From an uncultured Verrucomicrobiae bacterium (GTDB taxonomy: Bacteria > Verrucomicrobiota > Verrucomicrobiia > Chthoniobacterales > UBA10450): a stretch of DNA of 64,000 nt. The notes beneath the pieces were generated by a model. That model did not search any database. It was given only the letters and a program-made list of their open reading frames with translations, and was not told where the DNA came from. The position numbers and the translations under genes were made by a program. Shown here piece by piece: positions 57,370-64,000 of the stretch. The stretch lies in the NCBI GenBank assembly GCA_963756875.1, contig CAVWPA010000003.1, positions 64,001 to 128,000 on the forward strand, written 5' to 3'. Each line of letters starts with the position of its first letter. Within the stretch, counting starts at the first letter, position 1.

Positions 57370-59967
57370 TCACTCGCCAGGCGAAGGCAGCGGAGGCGGA
57401 GTGACCGACTCCAAGAGCGTGCCCTCTGTTTGTTCATCCAATGGACCGACCGGCTCGGCACGGCGAATCTCGACCGGCTCTTCCTGCTTTGGCTGCACGG
57501 GAATCGCCTTTAAAATCGGTTTGCCATCCTTGGTGATTCCTGTCTCGGCAGCTGGTGTGGTTGCCGGTTGCACCGGTTGCACCGGTTGCACCGGTTGAGC
57601 CGTTTGAACCGGTTGAGCAGGCGGCGCCGGCTCTTGTGGTACGGGCTGTGGCTCCGGAGTGGGCTCCGGTTTTATCGTCGCCTTTGCAGAATGATAAGGA
57701 TCTTTGTCAGCCAGCAGGGTAGGACCCTTTGCAATCACCGGCTTAACCTCATTGAGGTCGACCGCAAGCTCGGCGCGCGGCCATTCCGCCGCGGGAAGAT
57801 CGCGCACTAAACGAGTGCGCGCTTCCCCGTGCACATTGCATGGCTCAGTCGGCAGTTGGGCAGGTGTCGCGATTTCCATGTAGGTCGTGCGTTTCTGAAC
57901 AGGAGCGCCGGTCGGGCCCTTTACCGTGTCGTAGCACTTGTCCGTGGCGAGCAGACCCGAGCGCGAGCAGATCTCCACCTCTTTCAAATCGGACGGCCTT
58001 TTAATTTTGTGAGGAGGATAAGGTCCAATGGCCGCATTCATGATATCAACCCAGACCGGCAGGGCCAGATCGTGTCCGAACGCGCCCCGGTAAATCTCCT
58101 GTGGCTTGTCGAAGCCGGCCCAGACTCCGCAAGTGAAGTTGCTGTCGTATCCGACAAAAAGCGCGTCGGTAAAATCGTAAGCCGTGCCGGTCTTGCCCGC
58201 GACGTCCGGAATGGGTTTGAGACCAAGCTCCGTGCGCGCGGTTTTTCCCGTTCCTTTTTCCAATGCATCGACCAGGCACGAGTGAACTTCGTAGGCTGTC
58301 TCCGGTTTGATCACTTTTCGTTTGGTTTCGTCGTGCCGCGAGTCCCAAACAACTGTCCCGTCTTTTTCTTCAATGCGTTCCAAAATATGCGGGGCAGTCG
58401 GCCGCCATCCGCCGTTTGGAAAAATCGTGTAGGCCAGCGCAAGCTCGGCCAGAGTGACTTCGCTGCTGCCGAGAAAAGTTGCCGGATACGGCCGGAGTTC
58501 CGAATGAATTCCGGCGGCGTGACAAAGACGCAGCACATTGTCGAGACCCGCGGCCATGCCAATTCGCACGGTCGCGCCATCCTTCGATTTCGCCAATGCC
58601 TGGCGCGCGGTCATCGCACCTTCGTAGCGGTTGTCCGCGCTTTCCGGTCCCCACTCGCCCAGAATTCCCGTGGTGCCGCCGATCATGACCGCGCGGTTGT
58701 CGAGCGGCGAATCTTCCACTACCGAACCCGGATACATTCCATTTTCAAACGCTGCGGCGTAAACGAAAGGCAACATCGCGGTTCCAGCCGGGCGCTTCGC
58801 CTGCAGAGCGCGATCGTACTGATTATGCTCGAAATCGCGGCCGCCAACGAGCACGAGAATGCCACCGGTCTCGTTATTAATTCCGATCACAGCGCCTTGC
58901 AGATACTCGGGCGCGGGCTGTTTCCCGTTAGATTTCCCCTTGTGAAAACTCGCCGCGTATTCCGCATACGTCTGGTGATTGTAACCGGGATGCTGCTCCG
59001 CCTTCTCCAGGCTCTTGCGCAACGACTCCTCCGCCACCTTTTGCAGGTCGGCATCGATAGTCGTGTGAATCCGGAAACCTTCGTTCATGGCGCGGTCCCA
59101 GCCCACTGCCGCGATGACCTGCTGGCGAATGTAATCCACCGCGTACGTCTTTCCCTGTGCGTTCTGCCGGCTGCTGACCTCTATCTTTTCCGCCTGCGCC
59201 TTCGCGCATTCGGCCTTGGTGATGAATCCGAGATCGCGCATCCGGCTCAGCGCATAATTGCGCGCCTCCCGCGATGCAGCCGGATCGGCCCAGGGCGATA
59301 AATTGTTCGGACTCTTGATCAAACCGGCCAGCGTCGCGCATTCTGCCAGCGACATCTCGCCGGCCGTCTTACCGAAATACCCGCGCGCCGCCGCCTCCGC
59401 GCCATACAGGCCGCCGCCGAAATAAATCCGGTTCAGATAAAGCTCCATGATCTTCTGCTTGCCGAAGCGATCTTCGATGCGGCGGGCGAGAAAGATCTCC
59501 AGCAGTTTGCGGCGGTACGTCCTTTCCTTGAGCGAGAAACTGTTGCGCGCCAGTTGCTGAGTGACCGTGCTGGCCCCCTGGCGAACATGACCGGCCAGAA
59601 GATTTTTCAACGCCGCACGCATGATCCCCATGAGATCGTAGCCGTGGTGTTGATAAAATTTGGAGTCCTCCACCGCTACGACGGCGTCGATAAGGTAGCG
59701 CGGCAACTGGTCGTACGGAACGGTTTCCCGATTTTCCACATAGATCTGGCCGAAAATCTTGCCGTTCCGGTCCAGGATCACGCTGGCGGATTCCATCTGT
59801 TCCAGTTTGCTCAGATCGAAAGTGGCGGCCCGGCTTTTGAGATCGGACGCCACGGTCGACAGATAAATCGCGCACGCACTGAAAAGGACCGCTGCGATGG
59901 CCAACGGCACATAAAACACCGGGCGCTTGTACCACGGCGGCCGAAACCTGTAGCCAGGCGGCGGCAT
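57370..59967 (-). CDS. Class A penicillin-binding protein (PBP1A family)
   Basis: EDSKFYQHHG, GASTVTQQL, RKLLE, YLNRIYFG and GKTGT; Pro/Gln-rich tail. Confidence 0.92.
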   Translation of the reverse strand: MPPPGYRFRPPWYKRPVFYVPLAIAAVLFSACAIYLSTVASDLKSRAATFDLSKLEQMESASVILDRNGKIFGQIYVENRETVPYDQLPRYLIDAVVAVEDSKFYQHHGYDLMGIMRAALKNLLAGHVRQGASTVTQQLARNSFSLKERTYRRKLLEIFLARRIEDRFGKQKIMELYLNRIYFGGGLYGAEAAARGYFGKTAGEMSLAECATLAGLIKSPNNLSPWADPAASREARNYALSRMRDLGFITKAECAKAQAEKIEVSSRQNAQGKTYAVDYIRQQVIAAVGWDRAMNEGFRIHTTIDADLQKVAEESLRKSLEKAEQHPGYNHQTYAEYAASFHKGKSNGKQPAPEYLQGAVIGINNETGGILVLVGGRDFEHNQYDRALQAKRPAGTAMLPFVYAAAFENGMYPGSVVEDSPLDNRAVMIGGTTGILGEWGPESADNRYEGAMTARQALAKSKDGATVRIGMAAGLDNVLRLCHAAGIHSELRPYPATFLGSSEVTLAELALAYTIFPNGGWRPTAPHILERIEEKDGTVVWDSRHDETKRKVIKPETAYEVHSCLVDALEKGTGKTARTELGLKPIPDVAGKTGTAYDFTDALFVGYDSNFTCGVWAGFDKPQEIYRGAFGHDLALPVWVDIMNAAIGPYPPHKIKRPSDLKEVEICSRSGLLATDKCYDTVKGPTGAPVQKRTTYMEIATPAQLPTEPCNVHGEARTRLVRDLPAAEWPRAELAVDLNEVKPVIAKGPTLLADKDPYHSAKATIKPEPTPEPQPVPQEPAPPAQPVQTAQPVQPVQPVQPATTPAAETGITKDGKPILKAIPVQPKQEEPVEIRRAEPVGPLDEQTEGTLLESVTPPPLPSPGE
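57565..57618. repeat. 9-nt coding tandem repeat, (QPV)n
   Basis: CCGGTTGCA three times plus degenerate copies in the PBP1A tail. Confidence 0.7.
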
Positions 59968-60033
59968 AAGATGAGTATCTGTCCCGAACGTTCTCAAACC
60001 AGAAGCGAAAAATTAGTCGCGCAATGTAGGGAC

Positions 60034-60205
60034 AAACGCTCAACCCTCAACGCCGAACATTCAATGCGCAATTCGAGGACTGTTCCGAGTTGAACGTTAG
60101 GTGTTGCGCGCTTGTTCAGCCTGCCCGCCGTGGCGGGCGAAAGCCTTCGGCGTCGAGCGCTTGCCACGCCGAAGCTTTTGGCTTAGGCGGGTTGAACGTT
60201 GAACG
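60034..60205. repeat. Inverted AACGYYC arrays carrying nested mini-elements
   Basis: AACGCTC AACCCTC AACGCCG AACATTC ... TTGAACG TTAGGTG TTGCGCG [insert] TCGAGCG [insert] TTGAACG TTGAACG. Confidence 0.75.
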
Positions 60206-61386
60206 CGCAAACGAGCAATCGCGCCCTGGCTGAGCTGATGCGTTCAGAAATCTCAACCCGCGGTCCGCAATCTTTCGCCTGGTTCATGCAGCAGGCCCTT
60301 TATCATCCGCAGCACGGATATTATTCCAGCGACCGGGCAGCGATCGGACGGCAGGGCGATTTTTTCACAAATGTCAGTGTCGGCCCGTTATTCGGACAAC
60401 TCCTCGCCGCACAATTCACCGAAATATGGGAGCGCCTCACCAGCCGCGACAGCCCACGCCAGCAGAAGTCCGGTAAATTCATCATTGTCGAGCAGGGCGC
60501 GCATCACGGCCATTTCGCGCGCGATGTGCTGGAAACAGTGCGCCGCAGTTCACCTGAATTTTTTGCCGACCTGCGCTACCGAATCGTCGAGGCGTCTCCC
60601 GTTTTGCAAGGTCGCCAATTCCACACGTTGGGCGAGTTTGCGGACCGCGTGGAGTGGCGAGGGTCGCTCGACGAACTGGAGCCATTCGTTGGCATTCATT
60701 TTTCGAATGAGCTGCTCGATTCCATGCCGGCACATTTGCTCGTTTCCAGAATTCAGGGAGACGGTTCGCCGCGCTGGCTCGAAAAATTTGTCGCCCTCCA
60801 CGGCGATCAGTTTGAATTCGTCGACGGGCCTGTTGCAGATTCAACTCTGCAATCACTTGCAGAAAAACTGCCGGCTCATGCCGAAGGGTACGAAACGGAG
60901 ATCAATGCCGCAGCGCTCGATTGGATCGATAAACTGTCGGCGAAGTTGGTTCGCGGTTACGTTATGACGATCGATTACGGATTTCCGTTCGCCGAATTTT
61001 ATGCGCCGTATCGATCTTCGGGGACGTTGCAGGTGCGCGCACAACATCGATCTCTCGCATCGCCGTTCGAGCGGGTCGGCTGCGCCGATATCACCGCGCA
61101 CGTCGATTGGACGAGCCTGGTGAACAGAGCAGAAGCGCGCGGACTTCGTGTTCACGGTTTTACGGATCAGCACCACTTCATCACCGGGATCGTTTCGGAA
61201 CTGCTGCGGGATGAATTCGAGCAGGGAGCGAATGCAAAGACGAAGCGCGCTCTGAAAACATTGATCCATCCGGAAATGCTCGGCCGCGCCTTTCAAGTCC
61301 TGGCTCTCGAAAAGGAGGTCGACAGTGCCGGACCGCTTGCCGGTTACAAATTCGCCGGCTCTTCACGTGCCGCGCTCGGCATTTGA
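60199..61386 (+). CDS. SAM-dependent methyltransferase, MidA/NDUFAF7 family
   Basis: ALYHPQHGYY, GDFFT, VEQGAHHG, SNELLDSMP, IDYG and DITAHVD. Confidence 0.9.
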   Translation: MNAQTSNRALAELMRSEISTRGPQSFAWFMQQALYHPQHGYYSSDRAAIGRQGDFFTNVSVGPLFGQLLAAQFTEIWERLTSRDSPRQQKSGKFIIVEQGAHHGHFARDVLETVRRSSPEFFADLRYRIVEASPVLQGRQFHTLGEFADRVEWRGSLDELEPFVGIHFSNELLDSMPAHLLVSRIQGDGSPRWLEKFVALHGDQFEFVDGPVADSTLQSLAEKLPAHAEGYETEINAAALDWIDKLSAKLVRGYVMTIDYGFPFAEFYAPYRSSGTLQVRAQHRSLASPFERVGCADITAHVDWTSLVNRAEARGLRVHGFTDQHHFITGIVSELLRDEFEQGANAKTKRALKTLIHPEMLGRAFQVLALEKEVDSAGPLAGYKFAGSSRAALGI

Positions 61387-61400
61387 TTGAATCTGTACGT

Positions 61401-61521
61401 TGGAGGGACACGCGCCGTCCGCCGCGCCGTAGCCCTGGCGGAGGTGGGTCGTGTCCCAAATAGACAATGCGACGGTCATCCGCCTTCGCAGCTACGGCGC
61501 GACAAGTAGACCGCCGCTACA
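61401..61521. repeat. REP-like doublet with a ~30-nt element nested in each hairpin loop
   Basis: GGAGGGACACGCGCCGT[31 nt]CGTGTCCC and GCGACGGTCAT[28 nt]AGACCGCCGCTACA. Confidence 0.8.
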
Positions 61522-61591
61522 GAGATCGGTTCGAAACAGTTTGCCCGATCGCGGGGCTTTCTGGCACTGTACTCTTCGTCATCAACCAAAA

Positions 61592-63640
61592 ATGACTGCA
61601 GAACGGATGACTTCTTACTCTCCGGTGCTGGTGCCGGCATTGCACCGCATCCAGAAGCAATTTGGCTATTTGAAGCCGGAAGCTCTTGAAGCGTTTTCGA
61701 AAGAAACAGGCGTTCCGCAATATCGGCTTCAGGCGGTGGCCAGTTTCTTTCCCCACTTTCTCCTCACGCCTCCGAAGAAGGTCGTGTTGCGGATCTGTCG
61801 CGATTTGTCCTGTCATCTCGCCGGTTCCGGGAAAATGCTGCGGGAATTGAATTCGCTTACAAGCGACCAAGTCGGTGTCGAGGGAGTCTCGTGTCTCGGC
61901 CGATGCGACCGGGCGCCAGCGGCCTGCATCTCGATGCAGGGTTCCGAGCACGAAAATTATTACCTTGGACGCTCGGTTGACGAGCTAAAGGCCCTTGTCG
62001 CGGAAACTCTTAAAGGCACGCCACCGCCGCCGGATCGGGATGCCGATCAGCCGTTTGTTGGCGATGACGCCATTATCGATCCCTACAAGGGGGAGTCGCC
62101 CGATTATCGGGCGGTGCGCGCAGCAGTGGCGGCGCGCGACGCTTCCCTGAACGCGGCCATCGAATTTCTAAAAGCAAAGCCGGGGTGGACTCCGGGAATG
62201 CTGGAAAACTTTCGTGCCGGAGCTATCCGCCAACTGCGTGTCGATTTGGAAATGGACGAGGCCACTCGCGAGGCGGTGCGTTGCTGGCAGACGGAAGGCG
62301 ATTGGGCCAAGGGCCCGAAGTTGGGTGGATGGTCGGACACCCTGCTGGATGAGATCAAAGAGGCCGATCTCCGCGGACTGGGCGGCGCGGGAATTCCGGC
62401 GGTCCAAAAGTGGCGGGATGTGCGCGATGCGGTGCGAAACGCCCGGCAGCGCGACGAAGACGATCGAGCGTTTATCGTCGTGAACGGGGACGAGAGCGAA
62501 CCCGGCACGTTCAAGGATCGCGAACTTCTGCTTCGCAACGCGCACTTGATCGTCGAAGCGGTGATTCTTGCGGGATTGATTACCGAGGCGACCCAGGGTT
62601 TCATTTACATTCGTCACGAATACGCGGAACAGATCGAGGCATGCCGCGCGGAAATTCGGCGCGCGGAGCAGCTGGGGTTTTGCGGCGAAAATGCGATGTT
62701 AATCGGGCGATCTTTCCCCATCTCGGTATTCATCAGCCCCGGGGGTTACATTTGCGGCGAACAAAGCGCGCTCATCGAAGCCATGTCGGACCGCCGCGGA
62801 GAACCGCGGAACCTGCCGCCGAAACTGGAAACGAACGGGTTGGAAAACCTGCCGACACTTGTCAGTAACGTTGAAACATTTGCCTGGGTTCCGTTCATCT
62901 GCATTCACGGCGGAAAAACGTATGCGAAACAAGGAGTGAACAGCTGGAAAGGCAGGCGATATTTCTCGGTTTCAGGCGACGTGAAGCGCCCCGGTGTTTA
63001 CGAGGTGCCGATGGGAATGACATTGCGGGAGTTGATTTACGGCGATCCATACTGCCAGGGCATCGCGGGCGGCAAAAAGCTCAAAGGGTTTGCGCCCTCC
63101 GGGCCTTCCGGAGGATTCCTGCCCGCAAAACTTACGGCGAGCAAGGGTCTTCCTCGCGATCATACTAATAATGAGAGCTGGCGGGCGCTGGCGACCCGGC
63201 GGGGCTTCGATCCCTCCTCCTCCGAACTCGATATTCTGGATCTCGAACTGGAATTAAATCTCTTTCGAGCGTTGAGCCCCACACAGGCACTGGGTGCCGG
63301 CCTGGTGGTTTATGCGGAAGACCGGGATATGGCTGAGCAGGCGGTCAACTCCGTGGAATTTTTTCGCAACGAATCCTGCGGCAAATGCGTTCCCTGCCGG
63401 TTGGGATCGCAGAAACTGGCTTCACTGGGGGCCCATTTGCTCAAGGGACAAATCGATGCAGCGCGCTGGAAGGACGAAATTTTTCCGATGGTCAAAGAAA
63501 TGGGGCGGGCGATCGAGCTCGCCTCGATCTGCGGGCTGGGCCGGTCGGTGCCGGTTCCTCTCACAACAGTCGCCGCCTTCTTCGACGAAGACGTGACAAA
63601 GCATTTGTCGGGAGGAGCAAGCCAGAACGCCGAGCGTTAA
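61592..63640 (+). CDS. NuoE-NuoF-like fusion flavoprotein (NAD(H)-binding, FMN, 2Fe-2S and 4Fe-4S)
   Basis: CRDLSC and CLGRC; GLGGAG, NGDESEPGTFKDR, YICGE, NVET, ESCGKCVPC and SICGLG. Confidence 0.88.
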   Translation: MTAERMTSYSPVLVPALHRIQKQFGYLKPEALEAFSKETGVPQYRLQAVASFFPHFLLTPPKKVVLRICRDLSCHLAGSGKMLRELNSLTSDQVGVEGVSCLGRCDRAPAACISMQGSEHENYYLGRSVDELKALVAETLKGTPPPPDRDADQPFVGDDAIIDPYKGESPDYRAVRAAVAARDASLNAAIEFLKAKPGWTPGMLENFRAGAIRQLRVDLEMDEATREAVRCWQTEGDWAKGPKLGGWSDTLLDEIKEADLRGLGGAGIPAVQKWRDVRDAVRNARQRDEDDRAFIVVNGDESEPGTFKDRELLLRNAHLIVEAVILAGLITEATQGFIYIRHEYAEQIEACRAEIRRAEQLGFCGENAMLIGRSFPISVFISPGGYICGEQSALIEAMSDRRGEPRNLPPKLETNGLENLPTLVSNVETFAWVPFICIHGGKTYAKQGVNSWKGRRYFSVSGDVKRPGVYEVPMGMTLRELIYGDPYCQGIAGGKKLKGFAPSGPSGGFLPAKLTASKGLPRDHTNNESWRALATRRGFDPSSSELDILDLELELNLFRALSPTQALGAGLVVYAEDRDMAEQAVNSVEFFRNESCGKCVPCRLGSQKLASLGAHLLKGQIDAARWKDEIFPMVKEMGRAIELASICGLGRSVPVPLTTVAAFFDEDVTKHLSGGASQNAER

Positions 63641-63655
63641 CCTGAATCATAGCCA

Positions 63656-64000
63656 ATGCCTGTACAATCCGATTTCGTTGCCGGTCTGTTCGTCCGTGAC
63701 GACGACGAAGGGTTATTCAGCCGGGACATCAACGGCCAACTCGTTAGGCTCGATGCGCCGACAGAATCCGACTACGAAAAAAACGTAACGCTTCAGATCG
63801 ACGGTGTGCCGGTCACCGTGCCGCTGGCCGAGCCTTTGACCGATGCCAATGGCAATATCGTGGTCGATCTGGAGGGGCGCACCACGCCGCGTTACACCAC
63901 AATCTACGACGCGGCGCGAAAGCTCTACGTGGAGCAGGTAGGCGACGAAAAGAAAATTCCGATCCCGGTTCTCTGCCATCAACCTCACATGCATCCGGTT
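63656..64000 (+). CDS. NuoG/FdhA-N-like 2Fe-2S protein, truncated by the window edge
   Basis: Manual translation MPVQSDF...VTLQIDGVPVTVP...TTIYDAA...IPVLCHQPHM. Confidence 0.75.
   Translation, partial: MPVQSDFVAGLFVRDDDEGLFSRDINGQLVRLDAPTESDYEKNVTLQIDGVPVTVPLAEPLTDANGNIVVDLEGRTTPRYTTIYDAARKLYVEQVGDEKKIPIPVLCHQPHMHPV

Noticed and set aside
57829..59301. 490-aa plus-strand ORF
   Set aside because: Antisense to PBP1A, a typical high-GC shadow frame.
37573..60205. Heptamer arrays or REP doublets as CRISPR arrays
   Set aside because: No constant 23-47-nt repeat separated by unique spacers, and no cas genes.
61561..61580. TGGCAC as a sigma-54 -24 box upstream of the NuoEF fusion
   Set aside because: No correctly spaced TTGC -12 element.

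Overview
A mostly core-genome window of a GC-rich bacterium. Gene style and repeat content suggest Verrucomicrobiota (Chthoniobacterales-like), which is an inference. It holds about 55 genes: glgX (partial), nagA, an autotransporter, pilD-tatC-nudix-argH-folB, rpoN, ggt, two NlpC/P60 peptidases, a decaheme cytochrome c with a membrane partner, aguA, gap-pgk-tpiA, a PAP2/GT83/GT2 cluster, ptsN-like, argS, treY, efp, kdsD, PBP1A, a MidA-type methyltransferase and a NuoE-NuoF fusion followed by a 2Fe-2S subunit (partial). A small accessory islet carries a HipBST-like toxin-antitoxin module with three palindromic operators and a frameshifted HsdR relic. The most unusual signal is a dense set of small palindromic elements. 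(i) A four-helix-bundle (IVP/bAvd-like) gene sits inside gap-pgk, bracketed by inverted hexamer arrays, and several ORF-less inverted heptamer arrays of the same architecture occur elsewhere. (ii) GTAG/GTGG REP-like doublets are common, and four lie in frame inside proteins (ArgS, GGT, NagA, an arylesterase). (iii) ~30-nt mini-elements are nested in the loops of other REP hairpins. About seven genes carry single-base frameshifts that look like sequencing errors. No rRNA, tRNA, CRISPR array or intact transposase was seen. All calls come from reading the sequence and motifs; no database searches were run.
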